Below are positions 1 through 6,015 of a stretch of DNA of 6,015 nt, piece after piece (position 1 is the stretch's first letter; every line of letters starts with the position of its first letter). The DNA is from a virus (lineage: Duplodnaviria; Heunggongvirae; Uroviricota; Caudoviricetes): IMG/VR virus record IMGVR_UViG_3300015179_000022. One strand, written 5' to 3'. Position numbers and translations under genes: made by a program. The notes beneath the pieces were generated by a model. It saw nothing but the letters and a program-made list of their open reading frames with translations, was not told the DNA's origin and did no database searches.

Positions 1-133
1 CACGGTCCAGCGAGATGTCTAGGTCAAAAATTTCACCGTCAAAGCGTTTTTTTTTTCTTTACTCTAAAGTTACCGTAACTTTATTCTCAAAATTGCGGAT
101 CCCTTTCACAATCAGTTCATAGTTTTGAGTCAT
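1..133 (-). pseudogene. ydfR-like small lysis-cassette protein (Qin YdfR / DUF1327-type), 5' part only; frame interrupted by in-frame TAA at 59..61 and gene runs off the window edge
   Basis: ATG at 131..133 sits 4 nt after the holin stop, with GGGGAGAG upstream. Translation MTQNYELIVKGIRNFENKVTVTLE, then TAA, then the same frame continues RKKKRFDGEIFDLDISLDR to position 2. The MTQ.YEL.VKG.RNFENKVTVT and RFDGEIFDLD motifs match my recollection of E. coli Qin YdfR. Confidence 0.5.
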
Positions 134-137
134 TGAA

Positions 138-353
138 TTACTCTCCCCGTGCAGCCTTACGCTTGTCTTCTTTAATCTTGAAATAAAGGTTTGTCAGGTA
201 CGTCAGCAGGCCAAATACCAGGCTACCCAGCACTCCAATTGCCGCCCACTGTGAGGGCGTGACTTTATCTAGCAGCTGTAAAAACCAGTACCCGGCACTA
301 CCTGCTGAGGTGCCATAGGCGACACCCGTTGTTAACTTATCCATGGATTTCAT
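138..353 (-). CDS. essD: Class II (S21-type) holin / pinholin, 71 aa
   Basis: Translation [71 protein letters not shown] matches the phage 21 S / EssD-EssQ holin family. Dual-start motif Met1-Lys-Ser-Met4; GAGGTGG Shine-Dalgarno upstream of ATG at 351..353. The ORF-track extension to 398 begins with TTG and was not used. Confidence 0.9.
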
Positions 354-480
354 AACCCCACCTCGCAGACAAAGCGGGTGTAAATTGAGGGAATACAACG
401 TATCGCAAAAAAGCAGAAACGTAACAGACTCGGAGTCAGTGAATAACTCAGGTATTGGGTTATCAGCTAATATCGAGACT

Positions 481-514
481 CAAAAAATGGAAAAACCCGC
501 TCGACGGCGGGTTT
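481..514 (-). terminator. Rho-independent terminator (minus strand) upstream of the holin
   Basis: Stem CCCGC(496..500)/GCGGG(507..511) with 6-nt loop; on the minus strand it is followed by TTTTTCCATTTTTTG (complement of the A-runs at 481..495). Confidence 0.55.
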
Positions 515-659
515 AAGCTGTGTGACGAAGTAACCACTCTTAACAGCATAACCAATTTTTTACGTACGTAAACCACTAAATGATATTTGCGAGAATGCTA
601 CCGAGTATTGAAAACACCACTACAAATACATAAGCAAATCTCAACAAATAACCAACAAA

Positions 660-942
660 TAATTTCCAGTGTTATTTTTAGCTGGTTTAAATTGAACCTT
701 CAAATTATAGAGCACTTATAAATAATAGCCGTTAATATAAATTGGCTAATAGATTTATTTTTATTCAGCCAAGAGCCATGAATAGGATTCGATAGAAAAA
801 AGTTCAGATAAAAATAGAGATCTACTTCACAAATCAAACGAGAAACCAAAACTTACATCTTGAAATAATCACATTGATTAGATGAATATTTATCGCGCAG
901 TGACATCATTTTTTAATAATAGTTCAAAAAAAAGGGCTCACG
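660..942 (+). promoter_or_regulatory. AT-rich upstream regulatory / promoter region of the porin gene
   Basis: Strongly AT-rich non-coding stretch directly upstream of the porin ATG at 943, with several -10-like hexamers (e.g. TTATAA around 716..721, with TTGAAC at 692..697). Exact promoter not resolved. Confidence 0.3.
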
Positions 943-2025
943 ATGAAAAAATTAACAGTGGCAATTTCTGCTGTAGCTGCATCAGTACTGATGGCGATGT
1001 CTGCTCAGGCAGCTGAAATTTATAATAAAGACAGTAACAAGCTGGATCTGTACGGGAAAGTTAATGCTAAGCACTACTTCTCCTCTAATGATGCAGATGA
1101 TGGTGATACTACTTATGCCCGTCTTGGCTTCAAAGGTGAAACCCAAATCAACGATCAACTGACTGGTTTCGGTCAGTGGGAATATGAATTCAAAGGCAAC
1201 CGCGCTGAATCTCAAGGTTCCTCCAAAGACAAAACCCGTCTTGCATTTGCAGGCCTGAAATTCGGTGACTACGGCTCAATCGATTACGGCCGTAACTACG
1301 GTGTAGCATACGACATCGGTGCGTGGACTGACGTTCTGCCAGAATTCGGTGGCGATACCTGGACCCAAACAGATGTGTTCATGACTGGTCGCACCACTGG
1401 TGTTGCAACCTATCGTAACAACGACTTCTTTGGTCTGGTCGATGGCCTGAACTTTGCTGCTCAGTATCAGGGTAAAAATGACCGCACTGACGTAACTGAA
1501 GCCAATGGTGATGGTTTCGGTTTCTCCACTACTTATGAGTATGAAGGATTCGGCGTGGGTGCAACCTATGCTAAATCAGATCGCACTGACGGTCAGGTCG
1601 CCTATGGTAAGAGCAAATTCAATGCCTCCGGCAAAAATGCGGAAGTATGGGCTGCAGGCCTGAAATATGATGCGAACAATATCTATCTGGCTACCACATA
1701 TTCTGAAACTCAGAATATGACCGTTTTTGGTAATAACCATATTGCAAACAAAGCACAAAACTTTGAAGCAGTAGCACAATATCAGTTTGACTTCGGTCTG
1801 CGACCATCTGTTGCTTACCTTCAGTCAAAAGGTAAAGACCTTGGTGTTCATGGTGACCGAGACTTAGTCAAGTATGTCGATGTCGGTGCTACTTACTACT
1901 TTAATAAAAACATGTCCACTTTTGTTGATTACAAAATCAACTTAATTGACGATAGTAAGTTTACCAAAACAGCTGGTATTGATACCGACGACATCGTCGC
2001 TGTAGGTCTGGTGTATCAGTTCTAA
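943..2025 (+). CDS. nmpC: Outer-membrane general porin of the OmpC/OmpF/PhoE family, prophage-encoded NmpC/Lc type, 360 aa, apparently intact
   Basis: N-terminus [46 protein letters not shown] (signal peptide plus porin start), internal porin motifs and C-terminal ...VAVGLVYQF with terminal Phe. Convergent with quuD. Confidence 0.93.
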   Translation: MKKLTVAISAVAASVLMAMSAQAAEIYNKDSNKLDLYGKVNAKHYFSSNDADDGDTTYARLGFKGETQINDQLTGFGQWEYEFKGNRAESQGSSKDKTRLAFAGLKFGDYGSIDYGRNYGVAYDIGAWTDVLPEFGGDTWTQTDVFMTGRTTGVATYRNNDFFGLVDGLNFAAQYQGKNDRTDVTEANGDGFGFSTTYEYEGFGVGATYAKSDRTDGQVAYGKSKFNASGKNAEVWAAGLKYDANNIYLATTYSETQNMTVFGNNHIANKAQNFEAVAQYQFDFGLRPSVAYLQSKGKDLGVHGDRDLVKYVDVGATYYFNKNMSTFVDYKINLIDDSKFTKTAGIDTDDIVAVGLVYQF

Positions 2026-2035
2026 TCTGATTACG

Positions 2036-2075
2036 AAAAAGATATGTTGCGGGAGGCTTTGCCTCCCCAACATAT
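2036..2075 (-). terminator. Rho-independent terminator (minus strand), candidate tR'-like late terminator downstream of quuD
   Basis: About 15-bp stem with a one-base bulge (2042..2057 pairing 2061..2075), 3-nt loop; on the minus strand followed by CTTTTTCG (complement of 2034..2041). Confidence 0.6.
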
Positions 2076-2076
2076 A

Positions 2077-2214
2077 AGTGGCTCCCTCAAGCCACTTCCT
2101 TTAGGAGCACAACCTTGCTTCTAACTATATAAACCTTCTGTTATATATTACCCTTTATTTTTGGGGGCGTCTCAACGCCCCATTTTTAATAATTTTTAGT
2201 AAACAATTGGCATA
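2077..2214 (-). promoter_or_regulatory. Candidate late promoter / Q-utilisation (pR'/qut-like) region directly downstream of quuD
   Basis: Position immediately 3' of the Q-family gene and 5' of a strong minus-strand terminator, as in lambdoid phages. A TTGAGA -35-like hexamer (complement of 2170..2175) lies about 17-19 bp from GTAATA/TAATAT. No exact promoter could be assigned. Confidence 0.25.
2163..2190 (+). terminator. Rho-independent terminator (plus strand) for the porin transcript
   Basis: Stem GGGGCG(2164..2169)/CGCCCC(2176..2181), loop TCTCAA, followed on the plus strand by ATTTTTAATAATTTTT. Confidence 0.55.
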
Positions 2215-2598
2215 TTAATTAGAGTTATTAACAACGATATCCATCTCTAACCGGATATCTAATGCCATTAACATCCCTTCAATTATGCCCTCAGCCTTCT
2301 GTAACCTTTTCCCGATATAACCATCAGAGCAGCAATGCTTACCTGCCAGTGACATGAATGTCATACCGACTACATAATAATCTACCAATAAATCATGCAA
2401 ATCGCTGTTGTTCTTTTTCAGACGGGCCATGCACCCGCAAATGATCATCGCGTCATCGTCACAACATTGTGGGCGAGATTTTACTTTTGAAGGAATTAAT
2501 CCCTTAAAACCGGCGGCAATGGACGACCAGGTCACATCTTCATGATTATTAGCCGCCCACGCTCCCCAACGCTCAAGAACCATCTGAATATCACGCAT
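2215..2598 (-). CDS. quuD: Late-gene antitermination protein Q (phage 82 / DLP12 QuuD-type), 127 aa
   Basis: Translation from ATG 2596..2598: [31 protein letters not shown]...[32 protein letters not shown]..., recognised as the DLP12 QuuD family. GGAG Shine-Dalgarno upstream. The ORF-track N-terminal extension begins with TTG and was not used. Confidence 0.88.
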   Translation of the reverse strand: MRDIQMVLERWGAWAANNHEDVTWSSIAAGFKGLIPSKVKSRPQCCDDDAMIICGCMARLKKNNSDLHDLLVDYYVVGMTFMSLAGKHCCSDGYIGKRLQKAEGIIEGMLMALDIRLEMDIVVNNSN

Positions 2599-2682
2599 CA
2601 ACTTACTCCACAAAATCAGACCAGAACGCCAATTACAAGCAAAAATCAACAAAACAGTATTAGTTGATTGTTATCTCTGACT

Positions 2683-2820
2683 TCATACTCCTGCTCCTGT
2701 CAGGGTTTTGGCGTAATTCTTCAGTATTCGGTAATCGGTCAAAACAGAACCGGGGAAACGATATAAGCGCAGACGCCCCCAGCGGTGGCGAAGACGTTCT
2801 GCCATATAAAACTCAAACAT
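2683..2820 (-). CDS. ylcG: Small nin-region protein YlcG (DUF3950-like), 45 aa
   Basis: ATG at 2818..2820 overlaps the rusA TGA stop (TGATG). Translation [45 protein letters not shown] matches recalled DLP12 YlcG. Too short for the ORF track. Confidence 0.72.
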   Translation of the reverse strand: MFEFYMAERLRHRWGRLRLYRFPGSVLTDYRILKNYAKTLTGAGV

Positions 2821-3182
2821 CATTCATTCCCCATTTCGGTGATGGTCAGTTCCAGCCTCCCACCTTTGGTAACAGGCATCTTCACAACGCGGTAATCAAC
2901 GACCTGAGCATCATCCAGCCAGAAACCTGCTTTAGTGAGTGCGTCAAAAGCGGCTTTTTGCAGATTATCCAGGTCACGGCGACGGCGATCCGGCATGTGG
3001 CACTCAATGCGGATTTTCACAGGCATAGCCAGGCCGATATCCAGCATTGCGTTTTTAATGATTCGGGCGACGTTATCGCGGTATGCCTGCCCCTCTGCGC
3101 TGACGTGCGTGCGCCCGCGATTATGGCGGTAATAGCGATTATTGCTCGGAGGCCAGGGTAATGTGATGCTGTAGGTATTCAC
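2820..3182 (-). CDS. rusA: Holliday-junction resolvase RusA, 120 aa
   Basis: Translation [37 protein letters not shown]...[31 protein letters not shown] recognised as RusA. GTG start at 3180..3182 overlaps the ybcO TGA stop (GTGA). Confidence 0.93.
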   Translation of the reverse strand: MNTYSITLPWPPSNNRYYRHNRGRTHVSAEGQAYRDNVARIIKNAMLDIGLAMPVKIRIECHMPDRRRRDLDNLQKAAFDALTKAGFWLDDAQVVDYRVVKMPVTKGGRLELTITEMGNE

Positions 3183-3469
3183 GCCTTAATAACCCCCTCT
3201 TTCAGCCAGATAACCTGTGTTCTCGCCATACCTTCCAGCGCGCATTCTTTTGCATATGCAGCATCGACAAAATGTGTGCGGCGGTCGATTTCGTCGTGGC
3301 AGGCAGAACATGCAATGGTGGCAATCAGGTCTGGCGGTTTGGTACCGGTGCCGCACAATCCAGTCAGCCGGATATGTGCCAGTACAGACGTTTCAGAGTT
3401 GCCATTACATACGCCAGGGATTCTTACCTGGCATTCCCGACCACGCGCTGCTTTTCTCAAATCAGCCAT
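3179..3469 (-). CDS. ybcO: YbcO (DUF1364) nin-region putative nuclease, 96 aa
   Basis: ATG at 3467..3469 preceded by AAGGAGGAA. Translation [37 protein letters not shown]...[23 protein letters not shown]. Start overlaps the 3' end of ninE (ATGGCTGA). The ORF-track extension to 3508 begins with TTG and was not used. Confidence 0.88.
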   Translation of the reverse strand: MADLRKAARGRECQVRIPGVCNGNSETSVLAHIRLTGLCGTGTKPPDLIATIACSACHDEIDRRTHFVDAAYAKECALEGMARTQVIWLKEGVIKA

Positions 3470-3632
3470 GATTCCTCCTTGCTGCCAGTCGCAACCATTT
3501 TTTATCAACCAGGCTGGCGGTATATCCGAGCAGTGTTGGTATTTCGGAAGGCTTCAGCTCCGGTTTACGCTTACGACGATCTGGTACTCTGTAGATGTGT
3601 CCGTTCATGACACGAATAAGCGGTGTAGCCAT
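3462..3632 (-). CDS. ninE: NinE-family protein, 56 aa
   Basis: ATG at 3630..3632 overlaps the natural ybcN stop TAA at 3632..3634 (TAATG). Translation [56 protein letters not shown] matches recalled NinE. Too short for the ORF track. Confidence 0.8.
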   Translation of the reverse strand: MATPLIRVMNGHIYRVPDRRKRKPELKPSEIPTLLGYTASLVDKKWLRLAARRNHG

Positions 3633-4087
3633 TACGCCTCCTGCTTGTCGCGCAGCAGCTGGAACTCGCAGCTCTGCGGAATAGTCAGGTGGCAGCCAAT
3701 ATTCATCGCCTAGGCTTCAACCTTACACAGGAAGACATACATCTCTCCGGCATCAAGATCGGAGGTATGGCGTAACGACTGGATAGTGGTGATTTCACCG
3801 GTTACGACATCAACCAGTTCTTTGGTTTCATAACCGAGGTATGTGTGTTTGAGAGCTTCTTTTACCCATGCTGCGGTAGCGAACGATTTCCCCCTGCTGA
3901 TAAGGTATTCACTGATTTCGCTGTACCACATGTGGCTGAGTGCATTCTGGGAAAGACTGCGTTTCTCACGCCACGGTTTAAGCACCATGCGAAAGCATTT
4001 TCCGTCCTCCAGATAAGGCTGGATCTGCTGGCCGATAGCGGTGAAGTTGCCGCGATGTAATTTGATGCCATCTTGTGGTAGGTTCAC
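3632..4087 (-). pseudogene. ybcN: ybcN (NinB-family recombination protein) with an in-frame amber codon at 3710..3712; translatable N-terminal fragment 3710..4087 is 125 aa
   Basis: GTG start at 4085..4087 with GGAGGTGA Shine-Dalgarno. 125 codons ([15 protein letters not shown]...LCKVEA) then TAG. The same frame continues AMNIGCHLTIPQSCEFQLLRDKQEA to a TAA overlapping the ninE ATG, giving 125+1+25 = 151 codons, the recalled YbcN length. The recalled family member has Trp (TGG) at the stop position. Confidence 0.8.
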
Positions 4088-4185
4088 GCTTCACCTCCGC
4101 AGAGGTCAAACGTTGGATGCAAAAAATCGCAGGTGCATTTCTGCATCTGTGAAGGGAGAAGAGAGTTTGAATTGTATGTGCGCAT
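4084..4185 (-). CDS. ylcH: Small protein YlcH, 33 aa
   Basis: ATG at 4183..4185. Translation [36 protein letters not shown] stop overlaps the ybcN GTG start (GTGA). Matches the recalled 33-aa DLP12 YlcH. Confidence 0.62.
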   Translation of the reverse strand: MRTYNSNSLLPSQMQKCTCDFLHPTFDLCGGEA

Positions 4186-4281
4186 AAACGTCCCCGTTTA
4201 GCGCAGAAGTCACCGGAGTTGTTCAAGCTCCAATGGCATGATTATGGCTGGTTGATTATTGGAAATCAAATGTGCTGAAAA

Positions 4282-4791
4282 TTAGTCTGCCAAGTCTTCC
4301 TCAGTCGCAACTGGGTAATTCCAAATATCAAAAAAAGCTATAGCCTCCTGCCATTTGCTCCATAAGTTATCAAGTACTTGTGTAGGTTCCGTACTTTTAA
4401 AAACAGAATCAGCCGCATCACCGTTATGAACTTCCTCGTACAGTTCCATTATTAGCAGATTAACAAAGTACTGTTTCAACATTAATGCCTGATTACCTTC
4501 TTTCTGCTGGCTATCCTGCTTGATGATCTCCATCGCCCGTACTAGGCACCTGATGATATCCGCTGCATCATTAACGCTCCATTCAGATCCGCGCTTATCT
4601 TTAGCTGATGAATTGGCTCTCTCAGCGCAAGCCTTTAAAGACTCATAAAGGTAAACTCTATTTTGTAGCTGCAGCGCTTTTTTTGACGTGTACCAACTTG
4701 CAAGCGCCGACCCCGCTGCGGCTAATGTGCCAAACGCAGAAATGCCTGCTGCTATTGCACTTAAGTCGGCACTGTCAAAGTTCCACATCAT
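4282..4791 (-). CDS. Hypothetical protein, 169 aa: N-terminal Ala/Gly-rich hydrophobic segment (about residues 9-34, likely single transmembrane helix) followed by an acidic soluble domain; no family recognised
   Basis: Uninterrupted ORF with tandem ATGs at 4786..4791 preceded by AAGGTG. Hydrophobic stretch DLSAIAAGISAFGTLAAAGSALASWY followed by basic TSKKALQLQNR. Visibly more AT-rich than the flanking nin genes. Bounded upstream by its own terminator (4967..5006). Confidence 0.7.
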   Translation of the reverse strand: MMWNFDSADLSAIAAGISAFGTLAAAGSALASWYTSKKALQLQNRVYLYESLKACAERANSSAKDKRGSEWSVNDAADIIRCLVRAMEIIKQDSQQKEGNQALMLKQYFVNLLIMELYEEVHNGDAADSVFKSTEPTQVLDNLWSKWQEAIAFFDIWNYPVATEEDLAD

Positions 4792-4966
4792 CGTTACACC
4801 TTATATAAACACCCCTCAGTAATATCCAATAAGGTATGTGAACAATCAATATAATTTATATCCGTATCGGCACATAGCGATTTTAATGCTACTGATAATG
4901 GTATCTTTTAGATTATATCGTCCAGTTCCAGTACCCGTATTTTAGGAATGGACTCGCACATTACCC

Positions 4967-5006
4967 CAAAAAATGCCAGCACTTCCGTCATCGCAGAATG
5001 CTGGCA
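4967..5006 (-). terminator. Rho-independent terminator (minus strand) downstream of the Roi-like gene
   Basis: 8-bp stem TGCCAGCA(4974..4981)/TGCTGGCA(4999..5006); on the minus strand followed by TTTTTTGGGG (complement of 4965..4973). Confidence 0.5.
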
Positions 5007-5025
5007 GTATTTCTAACTAGTGACT

Positions 5026-5634
5026 TTATTGCAACAGATTCTGACGGAAATATGGTAACACTCGACTCCACTTATCATCCTGCCACGGTTGGAATTTTAC
5101 ATGCGCCGTTTCTCTGGCAAGGATTTCTCGCGCCCTGTTGAGTATCCGAGGATATTCTTGTTCGATTGAAGTGAATCTACCTGCTTCGCGATGCTCTGCG
5201 ACCTGAAGAAGGGGCGTAACGTTCTGGCAGGCGGTTAACATCGTATCACTTGCTCGCCATAACCAGGCGAGTGTGCAAAGTTCGTTATCAGTGAATTGTT
5301 TTGTGATTGGGGATTGTTGAACTTCTCGATCGAGAATATCCAGAACCCAGCGGCGGAATTCTTTGGCCACAGGAGTACGAGCAAACATGGCGATCAAATG
5401 GGCTCCGCGAAGGCTAAATACTCGAGACTCCTGCATTCCACGAGGGGTGGTCACTTTGACCACCCTTGTCATCATATCTGTGAATTCATCTGAGTGCCGA
5501 GAGTAAATGCGCTGAACTGCTTTATCGTCCGCATATTCCAGTGCTAAACCAACTTCAGTGGCAGTAAGCCAAATTCTGTTATTGTGGCAAATCGGGGTAA
5601 ACGTCGTTTTGTGGAATGCTAATTGAGTAGTCAT
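5026..5634 (-). CDS. Bro-N domain DNA-binding protein, Roi/antirepressor-like, 202 aa
   Basis: ATG at 5632..5634 with GAGGTGA Shine-Dalgarno. N-terminal half (FHKTTFTPICHNNRIWLTATEVGLALEYADDKAVQRIYSRHSDEFT...FRRWVLDILDREV) fits the Bro-N pattern and resembles Roi-type proteins found in lambdoid nin regions. C-terminal half not recognised. Confidence 0.75.
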   Translation of the reverse strand: MTTQLAFHKTTFTPICHNNRIWLTATEVGLALEYADDKAVQRIYSRHSDEFTDMMTRVVKVTTPRGMQESRVFSLRGAHLIAMFARTPVAKEFRRWVLDILDREVQQSPITKQFTDNELCTLAWLWRASDTMLTACQNVTPLLQVAEHREAGRFTSIEQEYPRILNRAREILARETAHVKFQPWQDDKWSRVLPYFRQNLLQ

Positions 5635-5658
5635 AGTATCACCTCATCAGGTTAACCA

Positions 5659-5691
5659 TCACCACCAACGACGCCAATCGACTGGTGGTGA
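5659..5691. repeat. Perfect 9-bp inverted repeat TCACCACCA / TGGTGGTGA with 15-bp spacer, in the leader of the Roi-like gene
   Basis: Arms at 5659..5667 and 5683..5691, read directly from the sequence; located about 25-60 nt upstream of the Roi-like start on the transcribed strand. Confidence 0.5.
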
Positions 5692-5790
5692 ACTGTGTAA
5701 GGTTGGCGTAACCGGCTACTCAAACCCGGCGCTTCCGAAGAAGCCCTCACACAGCCCACCATAATTTGGGCATAGCCGTGCTTAGCGCAC

Positions 5791-5811
5791 AAAAAAACCG
5801 CTTAACGCGGT
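5791..5811 (-). terminator. Rho-independent terminator (minus strand), possibly tR2-like early-operon terminator
   Basis: Stem ACCGC/GCGGT (5797..5801 / 5807..5811), loop TTAAC; on the minus strand followed by a run of 7 T (complement of 5791..5797). Confidence 0.5.
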
Positions 5812-5896
5812 ATGCGTTGAGTAGTATCCCGGGACGCCAATCCCGTGTGCCGATTTTGCGGCAACGCACAGAATATAGCGCCGGATAAATCTTGTC

Positions 5897-6015
5897 GGTG
5901 ATGCTGCCAACTTACTGATTTAGTGTATGATGGTGTTTTTGAGGTGCTCCAGTGGCTTCTGTTTCTATCAGCTGTCCCTCCTGTTCAGCTACTGACGGGG
6001 TGGTGCGTAACGGCA
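5897..6015 (+). mobile_element. IS1 insertion sequence, left end (terminal inverted repeat plus start of insA), continues beyond the window
   Basis: 5897 onward reads GGTGATGCTGCCAACTTACTGATTTAGTGTATGATGGTGTTTTTGAGGTGCTCCAGTGGCTTCTGTTTCTATCAGCTGTCCC..., the canonical IS1 terminus and insA leader as I recall them. Confidence 0.92.
5952..6015 (+). CDS. insA: IS1 InsA (transposition inhibitor / N-terminal part of InsAB' transposase), 5' fragment only
   Basis: GTG at 5952..5954 (IS1 position 56) followed by codons for ASVSISCPSCSATDGVVRNG, the InsA N-terminus with its zinc-finger cysteines. Truncated by the window edge. Confidence 0.85.
   Translation, partial: MASVSISCPSCSATDGVVRNG

Noticed and set aside
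982-1779. Minus-strand ORFs 982..1215 and 1576..1779 inside the porin gene
   Set aside because: Antisense to a confidently identified porin CDS; short, hydrophobic and low complexity; no translation signals.
2664-3713. Plus-strand ORFs 2664..3161, 2935..3132, 3217..3471, 3272..3610 and 3276..3713 from the six-frame track
   Set aside because: All lie antisense to the well-supported minus-strand genes ylcG, rusA, ybcO, ninE and ybcN; they have no RBS and unnatural Arg/Cys-rich composition. Treated as shadow ORFs.
3845-4226. ORFs 3845..4060 (+), 3862..4071 (-) and 3978..4226 (-) overlapping ybcN and ylcH
   Set aside because: Alternative frames over ybcN/ylcH, whose frames are supported by family identity and start/stop coupling; no independent support.
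4608-4808. Plus-strand ORF 4608..4808 antisense to the 169-aa ORF
   Set aside because: Shorter, entirely contained antisense to a longer ORF that has a strong RBS; likely spurious, though not formally excluded.
5296-5493. Plus-strand ORF 5296..5493 inside the Roi-like gene
   Set aside because: Antisense to the Bro-N domain gene; no RBS or recognisable motif.
5641-5896. Possible tRNA or a coding 3' gene remnant between the Roi-like gene and IS1
   Set aside because: No T-arm consensus (GGTTCGA-like) or cloverleaf could be assembled, and all three minus-strand frames contain stops without a convincing protein C-terminus. Treated as leader/terminator sequence.
1-6015. CRISPR arrays or tandem direct repeats
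   Set aside because: No regularly spaced direct repeats; the only repeats seen are terminator hairpins, the 9-bp inverted repeat at 5659..5691 and homopolymer runs.

Overview
This window is a lambdoid (DLP12/Qin-like) prophage segment from an enterobacterial chromosome, covering the end of the early-right (nin) operon, the Q antiterminator, a lysogenic-conversion porin and the start of the lysis cassette. The phage genes are on the minus strand. From high to low coordinates: a partial IS1 (5897..6015, running off the window), a terminator, a Roi/Bro-N-like gene, an unrecognised 169-aa membrane-anchored ORF with its own terminator and RBS, then a chain of overlapping nin genes (ylcH, ybcN, ninE, ybcO, rusA, ylcG), quuD, a convergent plus-strand NmpC/Lc-type porin, an S21-type holin, and the start of a ydfR-like gene. 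Two genes carry in-frame premature stops (ybcN amber at 3710..3712; ydfR-like TAA at 59..61), which together with the IS1 suggests a decaying prophage. The best candidate for something undescribed is the 169-aa ORF at 4282..4791. All identities are from reading the sequence and recalling protein families; no database search was run. No tRNA, rRNA or CRISPR array was seen.
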